A stretch of DNA of 64,000 nt, from assembly GCF_030684315.1 (NCBI RefSeq), contig NC_081387.1, forward strand, positions 16,337,409 through 16,401,408. Reading direction: 5' to 3'. Below, piece after piece: positions 27,050 to 37,104 of the stretch. The stretch is from Stegostoma tigrinum. Taxonomy: Eukaryota. The notes below the pieces were generated by a model. The model was not told the origin of the DNA. It was given only the letters and a program-made list of their open reading frames with translations, and searched no databases. Both the position numbers and the translations under genes were made by a program. Numbering within the stretch: position 1 is the first letter of the stretch; each line of letters starts with the position of its first letter.

Positions 27050-27429
27050 TTTGTCAGGGCGCTGTGACCCCATTCTGCGTGACTGACAGAAATCCCTAGT
27101 AAACAACCGCACCCACCATTACGGTTGGGATTCACTGAAAGTTCAATGGGAGGTTTGGGAGAATCCTGTTGGGAACTCTAGTCAACAGCCGTTTTCCTTT
27201 AAAGGTGCGTGCTGACCTGCTGTGCATTCCCAACCTCTTCCATTCATACTCCAGAAGCTGAAACAATTATTAAAAAGAGTGCAGGAAGGGTCAAACAGAA
27301 CATCATGAAGTCCGCAGTCTGGATAGCTGCACAAATGCCCACGGAAAACTAATCCAGCGACTCATCGGTTTGGTCTGAACATTGAGGAGAAATTATTCCG
27401 GTTATATCAGACAAAATATATTTTTGCTG

Positions 27430-27599
27430 TCACTTCTGTCTACATCTCCGGCTCATATACCCGTACAAACAGGCCGCGAGCACACAGACCCCACCAAATC
27501 GGGCCAGAAGGAGAAGGGGAGCAATTTCCTTGTTGAGCTGTCCTCTGCTAGTCCCCGGCTGTTGGCAGCTTCGGGTCGGCGGAGTTGTCATCTCAATAT
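27430..27599 (-). CDS. Stalk, transmembrane (Arg-containing) and short-tail terminal exon of V-domain gene copy B
   Basis: Acceptor ttcttgttgtag|at at 27600/27599, phase 1 matching the V exon donor. Encodes DIEMTTPPTRSCQQPGTSRGQLNKEIAPLLLLARFGGVCVLAACLYGYMSRRCRQK*. Confidence 0.75.
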
Positions 27600-27699
27600 C
27601 TACAACAAGAATTTTGACTCTTAACAACAACCCTATTAGATTAATCATATTAAGTTAATAGTTACTCAGAAGGCTATTGCTGTTAGACAGCTTCCTTTG

Positions 27700-28012
27700 A
27701 AATGACGAGGACAGTGCAGTCATAGGTGACTTTATCACAAATCAAAGTGGCAGAACCAGCCACGAGGAAGAATTTGTAGCGTGCTTTCAGGACAGTTTCC
27801 CAGAACAATTTGTTATGGATGCAACCAGGGGTCAGGCTACTTTTTTTTTACTTCGGGTAATGTATAACGAGGCAGCTTTAATAAATGATCTCAGAGTGAA
27901 ATATCCTTTAGGGAACAATTATCATAACGTGATAGAATGTAGCATTTGGTCTGAGAGTGAGGCAAGTGGCTCAGAAACAACTGTGCTAGAGTGGAACGGA
28001 AAAGGAGTTTAG
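27700..28012 (+). mobile_element. CR1 endonuclease-region fragment inside the intron of copy B
   Basis: VIGDF, EEEFV.CF.DSF.EQFV..TRGQA and LINDLRVKYPLGNNYHNVIE, a decayed SDH motif. Confidence 0.65.
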
Positions 28013-28146
28013 CAAAATAAAAGGTTGATGAACCATAATAACAGATGGGTTGGATAATCTACTGCTTCTTCATTTTATCATCTTAATTAGTTCAAGAACG
28101 GAAAGAACAGCCAAGATTAAAGTGATACAAGATGGAGAGGTCTTAC

Positions 28147-28542
28147 CTGTCACATTACAGACTGTTAAAGTCACATTCTCTTTAACGGCTGTGTCCGCAC
28201 CGTCTGCATAAACTTGTATCACATACACGCCGCTGTCGCTGGGCTGTAAATCCCGCAAACACAACGATCCCGTCTCTGGGTCGACGTCAACTCGGTGTCG
28301 GTGGGAAGGAGCTGACATCTGGTGATCTGAGCAGTTATAACAGCATCTGGCAGCATCTGGAAAGCAGTTTGACCGGATCAGGCTCACAATTGGAGTGTCT
28401 CCGGGCAAAAAATACCACAGGATCCTTAAAGTGGAGGAGGGTGTGAGTGTGGAATAGGAGACGGAGAGACGGACAGACTGGCTCACTGACCCGTTCACTT
28501 CTCTCTGAGAGACACTCAGGGAAATAGCACTGTTTCCAGGGG
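28147..28542 (-). CDS. Ig V-set exon, copy B (HEPACAM/VSTM5/CD2-like N domain lacking the canonical B-F disulfide)
   Basis: Branch-point-like tactgat, acceptor ttgttacag|cc and donor acag|gtaaga. 396 nt, phase 1-1, open. Motifs VNGSVSQSVRLSVSY, ILWYF, RVDV, GSLCLRDLQPSDSGVYVIQV and VTLTV. Confidence 0.9.
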
Positions 28543-29761
28543 CTGTAACAAGATCACACACAACATCAGTATCGGAAAGGAATGGGCAGTTCAAATATTC
28601 CCAACGACGGCGGCAAATTATGAAACGTAAATAAATCATAAAATAAACGGAGCATCAACTGGCACGGAATTATTTTTATTGAGACCGAGAATCCTCGGGG
28701 GATCATCAAAACTTAGTTAGAAAGGCTTACTTCACTGAATGTAAAACAGCTTGAACGAAGGTATTTGACCTGAAACGCTATCTCGGTTTCTCTGTTACAC
28801 AGTGGAGTATTGCTGATTGAAATCAGACCGAGCACAAAGAGGCTGTTGGAGGTCTCTCACATTCAGACCCAACATTTTCTCTCTTCATGTCAGAATTCCA
28901 GCATGTACAGTGTTTTGCTTTTGTTTGCTAAGGACGCGATCGTGCTCAGATATCTTGTTCGAGGAGAGCAGTGAGAAGGAAAGTGGCTTAGCGCGATTGG
29001 AAGCGGACAGTAAACACGGACACAAAAAAACCCCAGAAAATGCTGGAAAATCTCAGCAGGTCTGGCAGCATCTGTGGAAAGAAATCAGAATTAACGCTTC
29101 GGATCCACTGACCCTTCTTCAGAACCCAGTAGTTATCACTGGGTGCTTTTTTTAACTGGAGGAACATGCACTCTCGGATTCCTCTTTCTTTTGTGAAAGT
29201 ATAACGGTGAGCAGAGTGCTGAGATTCTTCAAAATGGCATTCACCGGATGCTAAATCCAGAGACAACTGACGGATGAGTTTGCAGTTTGAATTGATTTGC
29301 CTCAGTCAGAAGAATGAGGAGCCTTACTATAAATTATCGGACGGCCTTGTGCAGGTAGTGGTTCTAGGGATACAGTGGTAGCTTAGCTACCTGCTTGTGT
29401 TGGGTGGATGGGTGGATGGGGAAACTGGTTTGAGTCTCAGTCAAACGAGCGAGCCATTTAACTTCGCAAATGAGGTCAATAAGCTCGGAACATATGCTGA
29501 TACTAAAAAATGTGTTATTTCATCCTACTTGGTGAATAATTAAAGAAGAGTTGAAGTAAAAGATTTTCACCCAGAGGAGCCTGGAACTCTAACACTAATA
29601 AAAAATAAGAACCACAGACGCCGGATATCAGAACCAAAAACAGAAGTTGCTGGAGAAACTCACAAGGTCCAGCAACTTCTGTAGAGAGAGAAAGCAGAAT
29701 TGACGGTTCAGTCTAGTGACCCCTCTTCAGAGCTCTTTAACTCAGTGTCTGGAAAGATGAT

Positions 29762-30427
29762 AATAGACAATAGACAATAGGTGCTGGAGTAGGCTATTCG
29801 GCCCTTCGAGCCAGCACCACCATTCATTATGATCATGGCTGATCATCCACAATCAGGATCCTGTTCCTGCCTTATCCCCATAACCCTTGATTCCACTATC
29901 TTTGAGAGCTCTATCTACCACTTTCTTTAAAGTGTCCAGAGAGTTGGCCTCCACTGCCTTCTGGGGCAGAGCATTCCATATACCCACCACTCTCTGGGTG
30001 AAGAAGTTTTTCCTCAACTCTGTTCTAAATGGCCTACCCCTTATTTTTAAACTGCGTCCTGTGGTTCTGGACTCACCCATCAGCAGAAACATGCTTCCTG
30101 CCTCCAAAGTGTCCAATCCCTTAATAATCTTATATGCCTCAATCAGATCTCCTCTCATCCTTTTAAATTCAAGTGTATACAAGCCCAGTCGCTCCAATCC
30201 TTCAACATATGATAGTCCCGCCATTCTGGGAATTGACCTCGTGAACCTACGCTGCACTCCCTCAATAGCAAGAATGTCCTTCCTCAAATTTGGAGACCAA
30301 AACTGCACACAATACTCCAGGTGCGGTCTCACCAGGGCCCTGTACAGCTGCAGAAGGACCTCTTTGCTCCTATACTCAATTCCTCTTCTTATGAAGGCCA
30401 GCATGCCATTAGCTTTCTTCACTGCCT
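29762..30427 (-). mobile_element. Young CR1 LINE 3' end with an uninterrupted ORF2 tail
   Basis: 193-aa ORF AVKKANGMLAFIRRGIEYRSKEVLLQLYRALVRPHLEYCVQFWSP...FFTQRVVGIWNALP and a (CTATTGT)n tail. Confidence 0.95.
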
Positions 30428-31876
30428 GAGGCATAAAATAATGTAAAATGTTTGAAGTGTTGCAATCTCTGAGGCCCCAGGCAAAACTATATATAGCTCT
30501 TTCTGACCCTCTCAGCCAACGGGCTCAACTGGATTCTTACTCTTAAAATTACTCATACTCTGAGTCTATGATGTGAAAGATGCAAGTCAACACCCAACCA
30601 TAGGATGATGGATTTATCCCAGAAGGGATGAGGGAACATTTTATACCTTAATATTTAAATCCAAATCTCTGAAGACTAGCCTATTCATTAAATCTCCCAG
30701 CTGAATTGGGTTTCAGGCAATCCTTTGTGCCATCTAAAATTCTAAGGCATCAGAACAAGAGTCGGCTGTTTGGCCCCTCAGACTACTCTGTCATTCAATA
30801 GGATCATGGCTCATTTCACATTTCTGCCCTTTCTCAACAACCCTTTGATTCCCCGACTAATCAAGAATCTATCTATCTCAGCCTTAAACATACACAAGGA
30901 CTCTGCCCAAAGGAGTTCCAAAGTCTCACAGCCCTCTGACAGAAGGAATTTCTCCTCATCGCAGTCTTAAATTGGCATCTATTCAGAGACTATGCCCTCT
31001 AGTTCAAAACTCTCCCATGAGGGGAAACATCTTCTCAGAATTTACCCAGTCAAGCCCCTTAAGAAGCCTATATATTTCAGTGAGATCCCACCCCCACCCC
31101 CGCCAGCCTTTGAAACATGGATTGGAGGGATATGTTGTGAGGAGGAAGCAGGACACTGGAGGCCCACTGGATGAGATGGTAAATCTCAATGACTTGTATC
31201 CAGCCATACTAACAGGATGAGAGAGTGGTGAAACTCAGCTCTGAGTGAAAACTGCCAGCCAGTCAGAACAGAGTCAAGGAGCATTTGATGGAGAATTGTT
31301 TTAATGCAAATATCAGTTAAAACACTTGCTGGAGACAGGGATAAAGTAATGGGTGAGAAGCCAGAAGATAGTGACCTAACAGTGATGATTTGTTTGCCGG
31401 CTCATATCTCCAACACCTCAGGAACTGAAGCACAAGCAATGAAATCAAATAAGATGGAGATGTGTTCTGTACTTATAATTGAGTGTGATAGCCTTTGGTG
31501 GTTGACAGTATCAGAAGTGCTAAAGCGATGTGTGTGATAACTTCAGCATTGTATCTAATGGACAATATTTTACTGATGACTGCCATGATTTTCATTTACA
31601 TATTACATACGCTTCGAAAGGACTGAGCAAGGAAAAAACATGTTATGATTAAACGTGTATAATATATATTCTATATATAGGATATGGAGATTAAACTAAT
31701 ACTCACCCCAGGCCCCTTTGTAACAGTACCATCCACTACCCCTCCAGATAGCAACGACAAACCACAGGTGAAGCTGCCAAACTGGACTATTTGACCCTTA
31801 ACTATTTCACAGTTGAAGCAATCCTTTTTTTTTCCCAAATGACCATTACATCTTGTAGTGACACCTAGTAAAGAAC

Positions 31877-32053
31877 CACTGAAGGATTGAAAATTCTCTG
31901 TGGACTTTGTTTCTGTTCTCCAATGGTCACTCAGTAACTTCATCCAACCTCTTATGTACAGACACAATCTGTACATAAGAGGTTGGATGAAGTTACTGAG
32001 TGACCATTGGAGAACAGAAACAAAGTCCACAGAGAATTTTCAATCCTTCAGTG
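31877..32053. repeat. Perfect inverted repeat, 86-bp arms with a 5-nt loop
   Basis: 31877-31962 is the exact reverse complement of 31968-32053. The loop is cacaa. Confidence 0.97.
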
Positions 32054-32069
32054 ATGGTAATCAAGCTCC

Positions 32070-32345
32070 CTCGCACACTCGCTCAGTAACTCTCTCCCCA
32101 GCATCTTGTGGACATATCTGTAAGATGTACATTATATCGGTAATGATTTTAACCACAGTCCCTCGCACACTGACCAGTAACACCCTCCCCAGTCCCTTGT
32201 CTATATAGCTGTAAGTCCATTATATCTATGGTAACATTAATCACACTCACTTAGTAAAGACTTCCCCAGTTCCTTGTGTATATGTCTGTAATGTTTACAT
32301 CACATTTTAATAACATTAATTACATTCACTCAGTAACTTCTTCGC
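32070..32345. repeat. Degenerate tandem repeat, about three units of ~80-90 bp
   Basis: Recurring cac(t)cagtaac..ccccag(t)ccttgt..tat..ctgtaa..cattat..taacattaat. Confidence 0.7.
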
Positions 32346-32529
32346 AAACCGCTTGTCTTGTTGAACACCCTTGTTTTGATCTCAATCCTGCTGCCTCAGA
32401 TTATCAAACAACTGCTCAGAGCAAGAAACATGTGAGAGTGACTGTATCTTAATTTTATTCCATTGTTTTTGATAGCTTAATGCATTTTCTTAGATGGCCA
32501 GATGGTTCAGACATGGCCTGACACATATG

Positions 32530-33300
32530 TGGAGCTCATGGACCTGAGCTCTAGTTACATTGAGGTTGTACAGGACATTGGTGAGGCCTCATCTTGAATA
32601 CAGCGCGCAGTTCTGGTCACCCTGTTATAGGAAGAATATTAGGCTTGAGAGGGTTTAGAAGAGATTTATCAGGATGTTGCCAGGAAGAGGAGGGTTTAAG
32701 TTATGGGGAGAGTCTGGGCAGGCTGGGACTTGTCTCACTGAAGGGGTGACCTTATAGAGATTTATAAAATCCTGCAGGATACAAGTAAGGTGAGTGGTAG
32801 GTGTCTTTTCCTTAGGGTGGGGGATTTCCAGATTTGAGGCTTTTTTTTAAAGTAAGGGTGAAACTTTAAATAAAAAAACATGAAGGGCAATTTTTCTTTT
32901 ACGGTTCCTGTTTGCAATGAGCTTGCAAAGGAAGTGATGGATGCAGATACAGTTAGAATGTTTGAACAACATTCGGATAAGTACAGGAATAGGAAAGGTT
33001 GGGAGGGATATAGGACAAGTGCAAGCAGGTGGGAGTAGTTTAGTGTGGGACGATGGTCGGTATGGACTGGTTGACCGAAGGATCTGCTGTATGACTCTCT
33101 GACTGTATAACTTGGGCCTAGAGGTAAGACCATAAGACCATAAGACATAGGAGTGGAAGTAAGGCCATTCAGCCCATCGAGTCCACTCCGCTATTTAAAT
33201 CATGGTTGATGGACATTTCAACTCCGCTTCCCTGCACTCTCCCCGTAGCCCTTGATTCCTTGTGAGATCAAAAATTTATCGATCTCAGCCTTGATAAGAA
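32530..33300. mobile_element. CR1 3' fragments (+ copy 32530-33105; - copy 33125-33295 with a (TCTTATGG)n tail)
   Basis: gtacaggacattggtgaggcctcatcttgaatacagcgcgcagttctgg, and a taagaccataagaccataagac tail. Confidence 0.8.
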
Positions 33301-33425
33301 CAGGTATGTACAGTTTACCATAGAACCACTGTACTTGTTTACTGACAAGAAATTAATTTGCAGCCAGATGACTGTGGAGCTTCCTTTTAATTAGATGCTG
33401 CCTCCTGAGCTAATTCCAGAGGAAT

Positions 33426-33514
33426 TTACAAACAGATGCTTGATGTTAGGATAATGCACAGGGTGGCACTTGGCTGCAATATATTCCCACTATCGCTCTT
33501 GAGATGAGCTGCTA
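33426..33514 (-). CDS. GPI-anchor-signal-like terminal exon of V-domain gene copy C
   Basis: Acceptor catttccttcag|ta at 33515/33514, phase 1 matching the V exon donor. Encodes VAAHLKSDSGNILQPSATLCIILTSSICL*: small-residue cluster SDSG, spacer, then a hydrophobic C-terminus with no cytoplasmic tail. Confidence 0.6.
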
Positions 33515-34147
33515 CTGAAGGAAATGGTCGCTTTTTAATCAAAGACATTACTGCTTTCACTCACTGGCCAGGCGTGTGGGACAGGAGAGGCAGAGTCACT
33601 TTGACCCTAGACCCACGACAATTCGGGTTTGAGCTTCAGAGCATGGGGTTTACTGGAGGTGCAGAACTAATGACTTTCTGAAGGGGAGTTCTGGCTAGTG
33701 CCCTTCGTTTTCTGATCTTTCAGCCAGAATTCCCCAGGCTAGCAGCTCCAGCAAGATTTGGAGTTTGACCTGAACGTTATTCCAGGCGTAGATTCAACCA
33801 TTCAAACATCCTCTCCGCTCCCCTCATGCCCCTTTACCCGGGATGCCCGTGTTTCTGGGTGAAGCATTTCTTCCTATGTCTCCAGTTCACACGTCAATAC
33901 CAGTAGTCCCCTGGCACTCAGAGCCCGTTAAAGATGTCCTCACAGAACAGGAGAGCGGCTCCCTGCACTCTATCGCTCAGAGCTGGTGGACCAAGAACAG
34001 GAATGTTCCCGCTTCAAAGCGGACTGGCATCTTTCCTTATCAATTCCCTCGGGGAGACAAGGCTTACGTCCCAGCGAGTGGGACATGCAGTCATGCTTCT
34101 CCATCAGCAAACAGCAACCAGCTCTGGGGCAGAATGTAAACTCTTAC

Positions 34148-34568
34148 CTCTCTCATCATAGACTGTTAAAGTCACATTCCCTTTAACGGCTGTGTCCGCA
34201 CCGTCTGCATAAACTTGTATCACATACACGCCGCTGTCGCTGGGCTGTAAATCCCGCAAACACAACGATCCCGTCTCTGGGTCGACGTCAACTCGGTGTC
34301 GGTGGGAAGGAGCTGACACCTGGTGATCTGAGCAGTTATAACGGCATTTGGCAGCATCTGGAGAGCAGTTTGATCGGATCAGGCTCACAATTGGAGTGTC
34401 TCCGGGCAAAAAATACCACAGGATCCTTAAAGTGGAGGAGGGTGTGAGTGTGGAATAGGAGACGGAGAGACGGACAGAATGGCTCACTGTCCCGTTCACT
34501 TCTCTCTGAGGGACACTCAGGGAAATAGCACGGCTTCCATAGGGCTGTAACAAGATCACACACAACAT
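34148..34568 (-). CDS. Ig V-set exon, copy C (near-identical to copy B)
   Basis: Open from ATG 34568 (MLCVILLQPYGSRA-ISLSVPQREVNGTV...) to donor agag|gtaaga at 34148/34147. The 5' boundary is uncertain: either this ATG or the cag acceptor at 34545. Confidence 0.85.
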
Positions 34569-35489
34569 CAGTATCGGAAAGGAACGAACAGTTTATAGTA
34601 ACAGATTTCTATGCGGGAAGTAGATTATTAAACATCTCACTCGTTTAAAAATCAGAAAACTCACACCGCATCATCAAAGAATACTTTTTTGTGCTGGGAC
34701 CGAGAGTGTGCGGTTTATCATTAATTGGAGACTAAAAAAACCCTGCAAATGTTGGAACCTAAGGTAGACAAACATGCCTGAAGAAGGGTAACGCCTGAAA
34801 CGTTCAGTAAACGACTTTCCTCTCGATGCTGCCTGGCCTGCTGTGTTCGCCCAGCCTCCTGTTTGTCTACCTTGGATTCCAGCATCTGCAGGGTTTTTTT
34901 TTGTGTCTTTAATCATTAATTAGAGACACACCGGAGATGAGGAAATACCAACAATTCAATGGATGCCAGGGGATCTGAAACCAAAACAGAAAATACTGGA
35001 GAAACACAGCAGGTCTGGCAGCGTATGTGAAGTGAGAGAAACGGAGTTAACATTTTGTGTCCACTGACCCTTCCTTAGGGAGATGAGAAACTTTGTCATT
35101 ACAGAGCATTACAAGAGAATGTAGAAGTCTCAACTTAGCACAGATAGGAATAAAACAAGTGAGGAAAATACAAGAGATGATAATTGTAAAGAGGCCATTT
35201 ATTTCTGCAACGGTATCTCGAAACGGCATGAAATGGACAACATGCAGAAGCGAACGAGAGCGCGGTGTAACTGATTATGTGTGCGTGTGTGATTCTGTAT
35301 AAAAGTCTGTGGTTATGGAAACTGTAAAACAGCAGAAATACGCCGATGGCAGAAAAAGGCAACATTTCACCCGTACATGCAATGACCGATATTCTATAGC
35401 TGGGCTCCATGATTTGCATCCAAACAATGTGCCTGGATTAAAAAAGATTGAGAGAAGTGAAAAGAAAACGATTGGACGGGGGGGTTACA

Positions 35490-36365
35490 TAATTAAAAAT
35501 ACGGAATTGAGCAGTGCTGTAGGACAGAGAGGTCTAGGGGTTCAGGTACAAAATTCTTTGAAATTTGCATCACATGTAGATGGAGTGGTTAAGAAGACAC
35601 TGAACACATTTGAGGTAACAAGGTGTAGAGCTGGATGAACACAGCAGGCCAAGCAGCATCAGTGGAGCAGCAAAGCTGACGTTTTGGTTTTAGACATTTA
35701 TGAAGAAGGGTCGACGCCGGACATGTCAGCTTTCCTGCTCCTCTGATGCTGCTTGGCCTGCTGTGTTCATCGAGGTCCACACCTTGTTATCTCAGATTCT
35801 GCAGCATCTGCAGTTCCCAAATGCTTGGCACATTTTCATTCATTAGTCGGCTGAACCTTTGAGTTTAGGAGCCGGGATGTCATCGTGGGGTTGTAAAGGA
35901 CATTGGTAAGGCCCCTTTTGGAGGACTGCGTCCAGTTCTGGTTACCCTTATGACAATGATATATTATTAAACTGGAAAGGGATCAGAAAAGACTTACCAG
36001 GGTGTTGCCTGGAATGGAGGGTTTGAGACATCGAAATAAATTGGAAAGAAAGGTGAATAACAAGGTTCTTTTCACTAAAGTGGAGGAGTTCAAAGCTAGG
36101 GGGTATCTTTTGAAAGTGAGAGGCTAAAGGCTTAAACAAGGACATGGGGACAATTTTTTTACACAGAGTGGTTAATGTGCGGAATGAACTGTCCGACAAA
36201 GCGGTGGATGCAGGTACAGTTACAACGTTTAAAAGACGTTTGGAGAAGTACATGAAAAAGAAAGATTCATGGGCCAAACGCTGGCAAGTAGGACTAGTTT
36301 AGTTTGGCAACTAGTTTAGTTGGACCGAAGGGTCAGTTTCCATTCTGTCTGACCCTGTGACTCGA
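35490..36365 (+). mobile_element. CR1 3' fragment with a nested Penelope-derived inverted insertion (~35612-35820)
   Basis: GQRGLGVQVQNSLKFASHVDGVVKK and FTQ.VVNV.NEL. The inner element has inverted gctggatgaacacagcaggccaagcagcatc arms. Confidence 0.8.
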
Positions 36366-36699
36366 TGATACCATCACAGTTATAGATGTGAAAATTAATG
36401 TAAAATCATCGCCCTCACCTGCAAAAAAAAAACAAACAGGTTCATGATGCACTGTTAGGGTGTGAACAAATACCTCGAGCGAATCTTTCATGTATTATTT
36501 GTGACTATTGATTTTATGTCGATCTCAGCATTGTCATAGTGTAGGTTAGATGGGCTTCAGATCGGTATGACAGGTCGGCACAACATTGAGGGCCAAAGGG
36601 CCTGTACTGTGCTGTAATATTCTATGTTCTATGTCATGGTGTTGTCAGTGGCTCTGCCTGCAACATTATTCATACAATGGTGATAAAATATGTTATCTG

Positions 36700-36968
36700 T
36701 TACAGATTTGACTTTTTCTTAATTTCACAAGGAGTTTCCAGGTCATCCATACCGTCCCCATTGTCACTGATAGCAGCACCCTCAAAAAAACCATTTGATT
36801 TGTCACACCCAGCTGAGGAGTTTGTCCTTTTACAGTCAGTGTGAAGTTGTGTTTTCCAAGTGAGGCCATTGGGCGGCTTTGGATTTCTGAAGAGCGTGGG
36901 GTCTGACATCTGGCCTTCTCCACTTCTCACAGTCATCCATTCTCCTTTCTGTTTGCTTTTATTTAAAA
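36700..36968 (-). CDS. Candidate terminal coding exon of an unidentified minus-strand gene
   Basis: Strong acceptor ctttccctttgcttttcag|tt, then a phase-1 frame open for 89 codons to TAA (LNKSKQKGEWMTVRSGEGQMSDPTLF...KKKSNL*). Non-repeat, hydrophilic, no recognisable domain. Confidence 0.35.
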
Positions 36969-37076
36969 CTGAAAAGCAAAGGGAAAGCCAGTTTGCTCAG
37001 GTCAGGTAGGAAGGAAATGAGGGTCAAACATTTGAACCAACATGAAACTAGACTTCAAATTAGACTTCAAAATTTT

Positions 37077-37104
37077 CTGATGAAGGGTCTAGGCCCGAAA
37101 CGTC
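37077..37104 (+). ncRNA. Minimal type-I hammerhead ribozyme motif in a Penelope terminal repeat
   Basis: CTGATGA-a-GGGtctaggCCC-GAAA-CGTC: conserved hammerhead core boxes flanking a GC stem II. Confidence 0.65.

Noticed and set aside
28070-28639. 189-aa single-exon ORF as the true gene model
   Set aside because: The N-terminal part is intronic read-through with no signal-peptide character. Canonical acceptor and donor sites delimit 28147-28542.
29853-30434. Host protein-coding gene (193 aa) and its antisense 180-aa ORF
   Set aside because: This is the C-terminus of CR1 ORF2. The antisense ORF is its shadow.
31706-31795. Leader exon for copy B (..WQLHLWFVVAIW..GAW G|gtgagt)
   Set aside because: Good donor and phase 1, but no in-frame ATG before an upstream stop. 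The candidate near 29246 (LIRQLSLDLAS G|gtgaat) also lacks an ATG.
31671-32208. Two ORFs with near-identical N-termini on opposite strands
   Set aside because: A by-product of the perfect palindrome, with GTG starts and no protein motif.
28147-34568. NKp30 (NCR3), TCR/Ig V segments or VNAR identity for the V genes
   Set aside because: They lack the canonical B- and F-strand cysteines, have no J-like FGxG motif and show no recombination signal sequences. No gene symbol is assigned.
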